Below, in pieces: positions 27,261-39,401 of a DNA stretch of 64,000 nucleotides. Source of the DNA: Eledone cirrhosa (taxonomy: Eukaryota); NCBI GenBank assembly GCA_964016885.1, contig OZ024746.1, forward strand, positions 100,688,001 to 100,752,000, given 5' to 3'. A model generated the notes under the pieces. That model did no database searches and was not told the origin of the DNA. It saw only the letters and a list, made by a program, of their open reading frames with translations. Both the position numbers and the translations under genes were made by a program. Each line of letters begins with the position of its first letter. Positions within the stretch are counted from its first letter, which is position 1.

Positions 27261-27474
27261 TCCTCGCCCCCTTTCTTTCATCTTTCATCCTTTATCCTTC
27301 TTTCATTTTCTTTTTTCTTCTTCCTTTTCTCTTCCCTTTGGTAATGTTTTGTTTTTATTAGATACTGCTCAATTATTTTAATATAATGTTAATGGCCTTT
27401 CATGACATTGTCAGATATTCAGATATTGTACACTTAATAAACTACATCACCCTTAAAAAAAAACAATATGAAGA

Positions 27475-27790
27475 TTATCATCATCACCGTTTTATGTTTG
27501 CTTCTCCATACCACTATGGCTTGGATGGGTCTTTTACAGTACAGCATACTTCCATTCACCACAGTCCTTCGTCATCTCTGTAAGCTTTAGTGATTTGAAA
27601 TCAGCTCTCACAACCTCTGTCCAGGTCTTCCTTAGTATTTTTCTATTACAGTATACTTCCACTGGAATTTATTGGCTCTTCTTCACCCATCCATCGTCAT
27701 CCATCTGCTTCACATGTCCATACCAGCACAGTCTTCTTTCTTGCATTCTACATCTGATTACTCTTAAAACCCTGTTTTTTTCTCAGTTCA
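27475..27790 (-). mobile_element. RTE LINE 3' fragment
   Basis: CATCATCACC tail. The - strand encodes RLCWYGHV and RKTWTEVV-like sequence homologous to 32609-32900. Confidence 0.75.
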
Positions 27791-27791
27791 T

Positions 27792-29126
27792 CGTGACACC
27801 TACATGGCCACTTTACAGTGTGGACTGGGTACTGTCTGTCATGACACCTACATGGCCACTTTACAGTGTGGACTGGGTACTGTCTGTCATGACACCTACA
27901 TGGCCACTTTACAGTGTGGACTGGGTACTGTCTGTCATGACACCTACATGACCACTTTACAGTGTGGACTGGGTACTGTCTGTCATGACACCTACATGGC
28001 CACTTTACAGTGTGGACTGGGTACTGTCTGCCATGACATCTACATGGCCACTTTACAGTGTGGACTGGGTACTGTCTGTCGTGACACCTACATGACCACT
28101 TTACAGTGTGGACTGGGTACTGTCTGTCGTGACACCTACATGACCACTTTACAGTGGGGACTGGACACTGTGTGTCATGACACCAACATGACCACTTTAC
28201 AGTGTGGACTGGGCACTGTCTGTCATGACACCAACATGACCACTTTACAGTGTGGACTGGGTACTGTCTGTCATGACACCTACATGACCACTTTACAGTG
28301 TGGACTGGGTACTGTCTGTCGTGACACCAACATGACCACTTTACAGTGTGGACTGGGCACTGTCTGTCATGACACCTACATGACCACTTTACAGTGTGGA
28401 CTGGACACTGTGTGTCATGACACCAACATGACCACTTTACAGTGTGGACTGGGCACTGTCTGTCATGACACCTACATGACCACTTTACAGTGTGGACTGG
28501 ACACTGTCTGTCATGACACCAACATGACCACTTTACAGTGTGGACTGGGTACTGTCTGTCATGACACCAACATGGCCACTTTACAGTGTGGACAGGGTAC
28601 TGTCTGTCATGACACCTACATGACCACTTTACAGTGGGGACTGGACACTGTCTGTTGTGACACCTACATGGCCACTTTACAGTGTGGACTGGGTAATGTC
28701 TGTCATGACACCTACATGACCACTTTACAGTGGGGACTGGACACTGTCTGTCGTGACACCTACATGGCCACTTTACAGTGGGGACTGGACACTGTCTGTC
28801 GTGACACCTACATGGCCACTTTACAGTGTGGACTGGGTACTGTCTGTCGTGACACCTAGATGGCCACTTTACAGTGTGGACTAGGTACTGTCTGTCGTGA
28901 CACCTACATGGCCACTTTACAGTGGGGACTGGACACTGTCTGTCGTGACACCTACATGGCCACTTTACAGTGGGGACTGGTCACTGTCTGTCGTGACACC
29001 TACATGGCCACTTTACAGTGTGGACTGGGTACTGTCTGTCATGACACCTACATGGCCACTTTACAGTGTGGACTAGGTACTGTCTGTCGTGACACCTACA
29101 TGGCCACTTTACAGTGTGGACTAGGT
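27792..29126. repeat. 48-bp minisatellite (about 28 copies)
   Basis: Unit GTGACACCTACATGGCCACTTTACAGTGTGGACTGGGTACTGTCTGTC. It is homologous to the dispersed motif CCACTTTACAGTGTGGACTGGG..GTGACACCTAC at 42340-42440 and at 44520-44640 (reverse complement). Confidence 0.97.
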
Positions 29127-29163
29127 GTTTTGTGGCACCAACATAATATGTATATATGTCACA

Positions 29164-29356
29164 ATAATTGTTTCTACTTTTGGCACAAGGCCAGCAATTA
29201 CCCAGTGCATTACTGGTACTTTATTTTATCGACCCCGTAAGGATGAAAGGCAAAGTTAACCTCGGTGGGATTTGAACTCAGAATGGCAAGGGCCATAACT
29301 CTATGCGTCAAAGCATGGCGTCCGACCCTCTACCGATACTGCCAATCCACCACCCT
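29164..29356 (-). mobile_element. tRNA-type SINE
   Basis: B-box GAGTTCAAATC on the - strand (GATTTGAACTC on +). Near-identical copy at 43690-43874. Confidence 0.85.
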
Positions 29357-29498
29357 TGATGATAATGATATATATATATATTTGCGTGCATATACATATA
29401 CCATACATATATATATATATATACATATATCATACATATATATATATATACACATGATGATGATGTTGATACACGTCATATATATACATATATATATT

Positions 29499-30390
29499 AT
29501 CATCATCGTCATTTAATGTCCATCTTCCACACTAACATGGGTAGGATGGTTTGACCCTTAGGGAGAAAATCAGGTCAGAGGACCATGTTTAGCTAACCTG
29601 GGGCAGATTTTGGCTTGGTTTCTACAGCTGGGTGCCCTTTCTACTGCCAACCACATTTACAGTGTGCTCTGGTTGCTTCATATTGTGTCACCTACATGAC
29701 CACATTACAGTGGGGCCTGGGCACTTTTGTCTTGGGACTAGGGAGGGGGGAGGAAGCTTGGGGAAATTGTGAACAGGGTAGTAGGGGAGGGGTATGGTTA
29801 CCGCTAAGGGAGGTGAATGAGAGGGGAGAAGGTTGAGGAAGGTGTTGCCTTCTAGGTATAAGCCTCATCCTGAGAATAATATAGGGTGGGTCTTCTGTAA
29901 TACTGCCAGAGGTCGTGGTAAAGCGCCAGAGGTCGTGGTCCTGAGTCATTGCCTTTGAGAGGTATAATTGAGCACGGTTAGCTTTTATTACCTCAGCCCA
30001 AGTCCTCCTTGGCCTGCCCACAAAACAACTACCATCGACTTTGAGCACTCTGCACCTTATTATACAATTGTCATCCTTCATACACATCACAAGTCCATAC
30101 CAACGCAACCTCCTCTCCTGAAACAACTGATCCCTCTTAAGCCTAATTTCTCATTGCTTGAACTGCCCTCACAAACCATTCGTCAACTCCTAGTTTCCTA
30201 AGAGCCCACCAGATAATGGAACAAGGCACTCTGTCAAAAGCTTTCTCCTGCTCGACAAAAGCGAAGTAGAGGGGCTTAGCTAGGTACTTCTCCTGCAGTT
30301 GTCTTACAAGGAAGAGGGCATCTATGGTACTCTTACCTGGGATAAATCTAAATTGCATCTTATCTATGTTAACATGTTCTCTAATCAGCT
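29499..30390 (-). mobile_element. Cluster of RTE-derived short element and internally deleted RTE fragments
   Basis: CATCATCGTCATTTAATGTCC tail; ORFs QERRLRWYG..GRPRRTW and MQFRFIPGKSTIDALFLVRQLQEKY..KAFDRVP. Confidence 0.8.
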
Positions 30391-30447
30391 GACCTTCATA
30401 AATGTTTAAATTTACTTATTATATTGCCTCTGAAAGAATTCTATATA

Positions 30448-30448
<1 letters not shown>

Positions 30449-30500
<52 letters not shown>
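30449..30500. repeat. (CT)n microsatellite
   Basis: Read directly; upstream of exon F. Confidence 0.95.
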
Positions 30501-30505
<5 letters not shown>

Positions 30506-30547
30506 TTTGGTTAAATTTTTATTGTCATTTTGAAATATCATTTTCAG

Positions 30548-30782
30548 GAATCTATGGATTGAGGAAAATATTTAAAATTGGACAGAGAGACGAAAGTTCC
30601 TTGAATTGTTTGGAGTGGCATTGTGAACATAAAAAGTTATCTATTAATAAATTTTCTACAATCCCATGTCCATGCACAATGCAACAAGCCAGCTTAGATC
30701 CGACTTTCAAAAGTAGAGATAATGCATGTTATGAAAACCGTTTCCCTTTAAATGATATGATTCAGCGCTGCTGTTATTCAAG
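30548..30782 (+). CDS. Exon F: end of NIDO and AMOP domain
   Basis: ttttcAG|..|GTaatt; 235 nt, phase 1-2. (G)IYGLRKIFKIG..CLEWH..PCPCTMQQASLDPTF..CY..QRCCYS has the AMOP CPC..QA..D and Q.CCY motifs. Confidence 0.94.
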
Positions 30783-30809
30783 GTAATTTATGCATGCACA
30801 CAAACACAC

Positions 30810-30812
<3 letters not shown>

Positions 30813-30867
<55 letters not shown>
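30813..30867. repeat. (CT)n microsatellite
   Basis: Read directly; downstream of exon F. Confidence 0.95.
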
Positions 30868-30872
<5 letters not shown>

Positions 30873-30904
30873 CATATATCTTGATGACTATTTTTCCATT
30901 ATGA

Positions 30905-31122
30905 TGATTTTTAATTTAGGCACAAGGCCAGCAGTTTGGGTGAAGAGGAAACTCAATTATATCAACTCCAGTACTTGACTGCTACTTTATTTTATAAACC
31001 CAAAAGGATAAAAGTCAAAGTTGACTTTGGCAGGATTTGAACTCAAAACAGAAAGATGTAGCTAAATACTGCAAAACATTTTGTCCAATACTCTACCAAT
31101 ACAATCAATCTACTATTTTCCC
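30905..31122 (-). mobile_element. Older tRNA-type SINE copy
   Basis: GGCACAAGGCCAGCA..CAGTACTTGACTGCTACTTTATTTTAT..GGATTTGAACTC. Confidence 0.75.
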
Positions 31123-31220
31123 CAATAATAATATGTAATTGATTTCTTAGATAGGTAGAGGTAGTCAGATTTGTAAGGAAGACATAACAATGGATGTCAT
31201 TCCTATCTCTATATAAGCCA

Positions 31221-31800
31221 TACAAGGTCTGTCAAAGTAGGCCCCTTGTGTCTCCACAAACATAGCTCAGCAATCCTTCCACTGTTCAAAACATTTCTTC
31301 TGGAATAACTCTTAACTTCACTGTCACAGTCTACATGATGTCATCTCAGAAGGAGCCATGTTTGGAAAATAAGGATCCAAAAAACCTTGCATTAGCTACA
31401 ATAAATAAGCTTGAGGGTCGTCATGATTCAGCTGCCAATTTTGCGAGGCCCAGAGATCTAGTCTGTTGTGCCAAGCTGTATCATTGGAGTACTTCCAGGT
31501 AGCACTCCTTTCTAATTGTTTGTCCTTCAGGTGCATATTTATGATGCATGACTCCTCAGTAGTTGGAGAAAATGGTCAGTATCACCTTGATTTTGCTCTG
31601 CACCTGACATACTTTTTGGGGCCTTGGTGACATTGGATACTTCAACTTTGGTATCCAAATTCTACTCATATCTCACCACTAGTTATACTATTAAGGAATT
31701 CAGGATCCTTGTAGCAACAAGTAAGTAATACAGCCACTCACATATTGGCTGACAGTGACTGATGCATCCAACAAACTCACCAAAAGCCATGCTTGTCCAT
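31221..31800 (-). mobile_element. Second mariner relic, same family as 21651-22516
   Basis: Same terminus TACAAGGTCTGTCAAA and collinear segments (CACAGTCTACATGATG, CCTCAGTAG, CACCTGACATACTTTTTGGG, TCAGGATCCTTG). Confidence 0.75.
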
Positions 31801-32380
31801 GAATTTGTGTGGTTCCACTTTACAGGGTGGACTAGGTGGTTTTTTTGTCATGGTACCGGTATAATCACCTTACAAGGTGAACTGGGTGCTTTAAAGTGAT
31901 TGCAACTGAGAATCAAAATTGTATCATTGACTTGCTTTACCAGAATTTTACCTCTATAAAAGTATTTTTCCTATCGTTAATGTAATGGAAATGATTATAA
32001 ATGATTATCTTGATGTTACCTTGAAATATTCTCAGTGATCACCATTCTAACTCCACTGGTTACCTCTTCTACATCATACATCAATTATTTTGCCTTTGAA
32101 AAGTTTAAAGAAAATAATATGTTACTCTTCATATTATTTCTCCAACCTATAGTCAGGGTTAAGTTATTACTTTCTATTCCTGTCAATGACCAACTTAATG
32201 TCCTCTCTAAACCTATTCCTATAAAGATGACACTACTAAATAAACAAGCCTCTTATGTGTTTACTCACCTTATAATAAATTAGGTTAAATTTCCTCCTGA
32301 ACAACTGTAAGTCAAATGAGAGGGAATAAGATTTTAAAATCATAATATTTTACATTTATTTTCCTTTAAATTTGTTTCAG

Positions 32381-32550
32381 AAAATGGCAAGCTCTTATGA
32401 AAAACATTGATGGCAGTGGTTTTACATACAATACAAATAAAAGCTATACTGTTGGTGAAAAATATTGTTGTAAAGACATTAACTTATGTAATCTATTTTA
32501 TGATATTTATCCATCAGACACATGTTTGAATTATGAAGTTCCTATAAGTG
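32381..32550 (+). CDS. Exon G: AMOP domain, C-terminal part
   Basis: tgtttcAG|..|GTaaga; 170 nt, phase 2-1. KWQALM..YCCKDINLCNLFYDIYPSDTCLNYEVP matches the AMOP CC..C..Y..RPS..C..Y.PP pattern. Confidence 0.93.
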
Positions 32551-32586
32551 GTAAGATTACCCTTTTCTTTCTTTCTTTGCCCTATT

Positions 32587-35500
32587 TATCATCACCATCA
32601 TCATTATTTTAGGTCCGCTTTTCCCTGCTTGCAAGGGTGGGACGGATCCTATTCAACACAGCATCTCTCCACTTGTCAAGGTCCTTCGTCATCTCCACCG
32701 TGAGCTTCAGCGATCTGAGGTATGTTCTCACCACCTCTGCCCATGTTTTTTGTGGTCTTCCTCTACTATGTCTTCCTTCAACTGGCATTTCCTGGCACTT
32801 CTTTACCCAGCAGTCATCCTCCATGTGCATCACATGTCCATACCATCGCAGTCTTCTCTCCCGCACACCACAATTTATCCCTCTTAAACACAGTTTCTCT
32901 CTCGACACATCCATGCGCGGTCGTTCACATACATTGACATTGTGCATCCAACGGAGCATGCTTGTTTCATTTCTCTCCAGCTGTCGCATATCCTCTGCAG
33001 TTGCTGTCCATGTCTCACTACCATGCAGCATCGCACTCCTCACACAGGCATCATATAATCGGCCTTTCGTACGCAGGGAGAAAGCCTTCTTCATCAGAAG
33101 AGGAAGCAGCTCCCTAATCTTCTTCCAACCCATCCTTATTCTAGATACTATGGCCTTGGAACACCCCCTCCCATGCTAATCTGATCACCTAGGTACCGGA
33201 AGCTATCAACCCCTTCTATAGAACCTACCTGCATTTGAAAAATGTGTCTATCAATGCGACTTCTACTGTCTAATTTCTCTGTACATCTACTGCATATGTA
33301 TTTTTCCCTACCTGTTAGTTTGCCTGCTATCCCACTACATCTCTTGTGTACCCAAGATCTGCATTGTGTGCATTTTATAGAATTTATGCCAGTTCCTTTT
33401 CTACATATCGAACATGGCCATTTCCCTGACGGAATCAGAGTTTTGTCCTCTTTTCTACTCATCAACACTTTTGTCTTAGCTAGGTTCACTCTCAGTCTTC
33501 TTAATTTCAACTGCTGTTTCCATAGCCAGAATTTATTCTTTAGCTCCTCTACTGATTCTGCTATAAGAACCAGATCATCAGCATAGAGAAGTTCCCATGG
33601 GCAGCCAGTCTTAAACTCCTCTGTTATGGCTTGGAGGACTATAATGAACAAGAATGGGCTGAGGACCAAACCCTGATGTACTCCTACTTGTATCATTCAT
33701 ACCCTCACTTTACTGACAGCACCTCTGTACAAACCTTGCACTGTCCTCACAAGCCATTCCTCAACACCTAGTTTCCTTAGGGACCACCAGATGACAACAA
33801 AAGCTAAGTATAGTGGCTTATTCTTCTCCTAGAACCTTTCTTGTAGTTGTCTCACTAAGAAGAGGGCATCTGTTGTACTTTTCCCAGGCACAAAACCAAA
33901 CTGCATCTCATCTAGTTTGACCCTTTCTCTAATTAGTTGCACTAATATCCTTTCTGCCACTTTCATAACCTGATCCATCAGTTTTATACCCCTATAATTG
34001 CTCCTCTCCAGAGCATCCCCTTTACCTTTGTAGCAATTTATGAGAATACTTCTGCACCAGTCTTTGGGTATGACACCACCATATATAGCCTGATTGATGA
34101 TGTGTGCAACCAGTTTAGTGCCTACGTCCCCTGATGCCTTCAGCATCTCAGCAACTATCCCCGACGGTCTAGCGGCCTTACCATTTTTCATTTCCTTAAT
34201 CGCCTCTTGGACCCTATATTCATCAATCTCAATAGCTGGTCCCCCTGTTGGATCTACTGAGGGTAATTTCTCTCTCTCCCATTCGTTCTCCACATTTATC
34301 AGTCTCTCATAATGACATTTCCAGGCCTCCTTTTTCTGACCATTTGTGACACTAAGTACACCGGCATCATTCCGGACACATTTATCTCCAGCAACATCCT
34401 GATTTGCACTGATACACTGCCTTGCAATGTGGAACACCGCACATCCCTGATCTTCCCATCGCAGAACATTGGCAAACCTCCTACTCTCAGGCTCCCTGCA
34501 TGCTAAGTACACCTGATGTCTAACTTGTCTTTTAGCGGCTGTGTATCCTTCTCTACTCCCACCATTTTTCCAAGCGTTCCATGCTAGTCTTTTGTCTCTA
34601 ATGGCCCTATCTACCATGCTTTTCCACCACCAGGTCACTCTCTGTCTGGTTGGAGCTCTGCTCTAACCACAAGTTTCTTCAGTAGCCTGCAGTAAGTTGA
34701 CACGCAAGAAATTCCAGTTATCATCTATGTCATACAACTCTAAATCGTCATCTTTTTCGTCATACACATCTTGAAGGGCTTTCCTAAATTTATATTTTAG
34801 TGAAAGGTCTTTTAGCTTCCAGACCTTTCTTTTCCACGCCTCCCTGTATGTCTCATTCTTTCTCTTGCTTACTGAGATGTCACTAACGACTAACCTATGC
34901 TGTGGGGTACATTCTTCCCCATGGTATGCCTTGGTATTTGACAACATCTGTCTGTCTTTCTGCCTAACTAGCAAGAAGTCAATCTGGCTTATGTGCTCGC
35001 CTGATTTGTAGGTTATTAGGTGGTTGGCAGGTTTCTGGAAGTTAGTGTTGCAAATGGTTAGTGCACTTGCATCACAAAATTCAAGAAGCCTAACTCCTTC
35101 ATTTCTTGAGCCATAACTGTGCCCACCATGTACCCCAGTGTAACCATCCTGGAGCTGTCCAACATGACCATTGAAGTCCCCTGCTAGCATAACGATGTCT
35201 CCGTCCTCTGTTATTGCAGCTATTTGTAAAACTTGCTCGTAAAAGCAGTCTTTCTCTTCTTTACCTAGGCCTGCCTGGGAAGCATAGGCAGAGATGATTG
35301 TCAGTAGTTTCCTGCCTACAACTAATCTAAGCTTAATTATTCTATTACTAACTCGAACTACCTCTATTGTCTTATCGATCTACCTCTCAGCCAGTAAAAT
35401 GCCTACCCCCCCCCCCCCCCCTAACCCATCATTATTAGCCACCCAGAAAAGCTTATAAGTAAGATGTTTGCCTGTGATTAGTCTCACAGAGGCACCTCTC

Positions 35501-35990
35501 CATTTCACCTCTTGCTCACAGCACACATCCACATACCTTCTCTCCAGCATCTCCGCTATCTCACCAGATCTACCTGTTAGAGTGCCAACATTAAGTGTGG
35601 CAACTCCGAGATGCGACGTCTTCATATTCTTGTTCCTGTTCCTGTAGTGCGATTGCTTGATGACGGTCGGGGGATTCTCGCACATGGCCGCAGCAGCCAC
35701 CCCACTACCGTGCGCTGCCCTCACATAGTTAGTGTTATTGCTGTTGACGCAGTTGTTGCAATTCTCATTTGTTGTGCTCATAGTTTTTGGCAGTAGTATA
35801 TATACTGGTTGGATGCCCTTCCTAACACCAGCACCACTTTACAGCATGGACTGGGTGCTTTTATTCGTGCCACCAGCACTAGAGAGGTTGTCTTACTGGA
35901 CTCAGGGGCCCCTCTCTACCCCTCCATTTTACAGCATTGACTAGGTGCTTTTATTTGTGCCACCAGCACTAGAGAGGTCATCTTACTGGA
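32587..35990 (-). mobile_element. Near full-length RTE LINE (single ORF: APE + RT with PHD finger), disabled
   Basis: 5'UTR about 35790-35990; ORF from about 35781 (LNVGTLTGRS, AGDFNGHVG, SQIDFLL, NYRGIKL, QFGF, YADDLV, FRYLGD, HGSETW, RGRPQKTW); (GAT)n tail at about 32587. Frameshifts, stops and a small deletion near 33795. Confidence 0.95.
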
Positions 35991-36067
35991 CCCTATCCAC
36001 TCCTCCTATCCATCAAAATATCAAACAAAAGATCTGAAGTATTGCAAAATAATATCATTATTGTTTT

Positions 36068-36237
36068 CAAGGGTGGTGGATTAGCAGATTTGTTAGAATC
36101 CCACTGGGGGCAATTTTTCCTTTCATACTTCCAGGACAATAGAATAAAGTACCAGTCATGCACTGGGGTTGATTTAATCAACTTTCCCTTTTCCTCAAAA
36201 AATTGTTGGACTTGTTCCGAAATTGGAAACCATTATT
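36068..36237 (+). mobile_element. Degraded SINE copy
   Basis: AAGGGTGGTGGATTAGCAG..CCTTTCAT..AATAAAGTACCAGT..GAAACCATTATT, the reverse complement of the 29164 family. Confidence 0.65.
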
Positions 36238-37022
36238 AACTGTTTCCATCAATTTAAAACTGCTTGAGGCAGGAAGATGGTGGTGTGTTAATTTCATTGG
36301 AAGTAGATCTTGCTTTAACATCACCAGCTGGCCTTGGATACTTTTAGCAGAATTCACTCTGTTTTAAACACCTTCACCAGTTTTCTGGTCTAAGGATAAA
36401 TAAACTTCTTGATTCACTATTTTCCACTGCAGTAATCCATAAGTAATGTATTTATACTCTGTATTCTTTTGACTAAGCAATAAAAGATATATGCTTGAAG
36501 AGTAGCTTGTTTAAGATACAAGATACTATAGAGTTACATTGTAATATACGCTTTTAAATCTTGTGGATTTGGAGTTGCTAAGAGAAATCTTGTTGGTTGA
36601 TAACATTTATAGTTAGGCCTCAGCTAGCTGAAAAGTGTATTAAATTTATTCATTTGTGATGCAAGTGAAGTGAGGGCAAAGCTGATAGCTTAGCTGTTAA
36701 TTTTGACAGTAGTATTGCTGCTTATAATGAATGTATATTAAGCAGAAATATTAAACAAAGTTAATAGAGGTGTATTTGGCACATAAATAGTGCATATATT
36801 AAGTTGGGAAGATGAGAAAAGATTTTTGGTTGTATATTCAATAAAATTGTATTTTGAAATCATAATGATCACTTTACAGTTGGTACTGAATAATTCTGAA
36901 GGGATATAGAAGGCTGCTAAGAGAGCTCTAATTCCACTATTACAAATTCTTTGGTGAAAATTCAAATATTAACTCACAAAACACATTGTTAAATATATAT
37001 ATATATATTTTATCCATGGAAA

Positions 37023-39384
37023 TATCAGGCTGTTCAGAAATTAATGTAGGTTTTTAAATATCAACTTTAAAATGGCATTTCTTAGTCTAGAATAAACATT
37101 ATTGATTGAAATGTACACATTTTTGCCAAGTATATTTATTCTGGTAACATAGAATTGCGAAATTTTGGAGATAATGAATTCTTCAAAGACATTTTTTGTG
37201 GCTGTGTGGTTGTTAAGACTTTTGCAAGAAGTTGTCAAAATGCTAGAAAAAGTAGTAGTCTGTTTGTGAAAGATCTCGTGATTATACTGGATGTGGCAGA
37301 GTTTTGTAGCCATTTTGGTCAAATTCTGGAGTGTTGGTTGTGCGATGCATTGTTGTACAAGAGGATTGGATCTTTTCTGTTGACCAATGCTGGACACAAT
37401 ATTGCAACTTTTTATGTATTCCATTAATTTTGTGAGAATACGTCTCTGCTGGGATTGCTTCGCCAGGATTCAGAAATCTGTAGTGGATTAATCTGGCTTC
37501 ATACTACCAAACAATCACCATAACCTTCTTTTGGTGCAACTTTGGCCGTGGGAAATGTTTAAGAGCTCCATTTCAGTTTAACCACTGTCCTGAACATTGT
37601 TGATTGCTCTATAGGATCCACTTTTCACCACCATCACAATGTGACCAAGAAAAGAGTTGATTTTTCTGTTTTTTGTTCAATTCTTGTGGCATCCATTTTT
37701 TAAGCTTCTTTGGCTTTCCAGCTCGGTTCAAATATTCAGAAATTGTTAAAATTCTTGAATCTAGCTCTCCTGTAATCTCCCAAACAGTTGCATAAGGATT
37801 TGCTTCATTTCATTATTGTCAGTGGCAGAAGGATGGCTGCGATCTTCCTTATCTTCAAGAGTGAATTCGCAGTGATAGAATTTTTGAAACCAACGTTACA
37901 ATGTGCATTCATTAACATTTCCTTGACCCCAAATTTCCTTGCTGTTTCTAACTGTTTGTGCTGTACTGCAACAAATATTAACATTTCCTTGCTGTTTCTA
38001 ACTGTTTGTGCTGTACTGCAACAAATATTAACATTTCCTTGCTGTTTCTAACTGTTTGTGCTGTACTGCAACAAATATTAACATTTCCTTGCTGTTTCTA
38101 ACTGTTTGTGCTATACTGCAACAAATATTAACATTTCCTTGCTGTTTCTAACTGTTTGTGCTGTACTGCAACAAATATTAACATTTCCTTGCTGTTTCTA
38201 ACTGTTTGTGCTGTACTGCAACAAATATTAACATTTCCTTGCTGTTTCTAACTGTTTGTGCTGTACTGCAACAAATATTAACATTTCCTTGCTGTTTCTA
38301 ACTGTTTGTGCTATACTGCAACAAATATTAACATTTCCTTGCTGTTTCTAACTGTTTGTGCTGTACTGCAACAAATATTAACATTTCCTTGCTGTTTCTA
38401 ACTGTTTGTGCTGTACTGCAACAAATATTAACATTTCCTTGCTGTTTCTAACTGTTTGTGCTGTACTGCAACAAATATTAACATTTCCTTGCTGTTTCTA
38501 ACTGTTTGTGCTGTACTGCAACAAATATTAACATTTCCTTGCTGTTTCTAACTGTTTGTGCTGTACTGCAACAAATATTAACATTTCCTTGCTGTTTCTA
38601 ACTGTTTGTGCTATACTGCAACAAATATTAACATTTCCTTGCTGTTTCTAACTGTTTGTGCTGTACTGCAACAAATATTAACATTTCCTTGCTGTTTCTA
38701 ACTGTTTGTGCTGTACTGCAACAAATATTAACATTTCCTTGCTGTTTCTAACTGTTTGTGCTGTACTGCAACAAATATTAACATTTCCTTGCTGTTTCTA
38801 ACTGTTTGTGCTGTACTGCAACAAATATTAACATTTCCTTGCTGTTTCTAACTGTTTGTGCTGTACTGCAACAGATATTAACATTTCCTTGCTGTTTCTA
38901 ACTGTTTGTGCTATACTGCAACAAATATTAACATTTCCTTGCTGTTTCTAACTGTTTGTGCTGTACTGCAACAGATATTAACATTTCCTTGCTGTTTCTA
39001 ACTGTTTGTGCTGTACTGCAACAGATATTAACATTTCCTTGCTGTTTCTAACTGTTTGTGCTGTACTGCAACAGATATTAACATTTCCTTGCTGTTTCTA
39101 ACTGTTTGTGCTGTACTGCAACAGATATTAACATTTCCTTGCTGTTTCTAACTGTTTGTGCTATACTGCAACAAATATTAACATTTCCTTGCTGTTTCTA
39201 ACTGTTTGTGCTGTACTGCAACAAATATTAACATTTCCTTGCTGTTTCTAACTGTTTGTGCTGTACTGCAACAAATATTAACATATCCTTGGCCCCAAAC
39301 TTCCTTGCATGACTTCTATTCTTAAAAAGTGTCAAAACAAATAAACATATAAAACCTGCATTAATTTCTGAACAATATGATATA
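37023..39384 (-). mobile_element. Mariner-family transposon with about 32-bp TIRs, inflated by an internal satellite
   Basis: Left TATCAGGCTGTTCAGAAATTAATGTAGGTTTT; the right end reverse-complements to TATCATATTGTTCAGAAATTAATGCAGGTTTT. Degenerate transposase-like sequence on - at 37200-37900. Confidence 0.82.
37931..39280. repeat. 50-bp minisatellite (27 copies, nearly identical)
   Basis: Unit ACATTTCCTTGCTGTTTCTAACTGTTTGTGCTGTACTGCAACAAATATTA. Only two recurrent variants (CTATACTG, ACAGATAT). Confidence 0.98.
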
Positions 39385-39401
39385 TCTAAATGAAATACAT
39401 G

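Noticed and set aside
27804-29240. Stand-alone 351-aa Cys-rich protein or multiheme-like gene
   Set aside because: The motif is Cx5CH, not CxxCH. The frame is open because the 48-bp unit lacks a stop, and the unit derives from a retroelement UTR. Kept only as a speculative exonisation finding.
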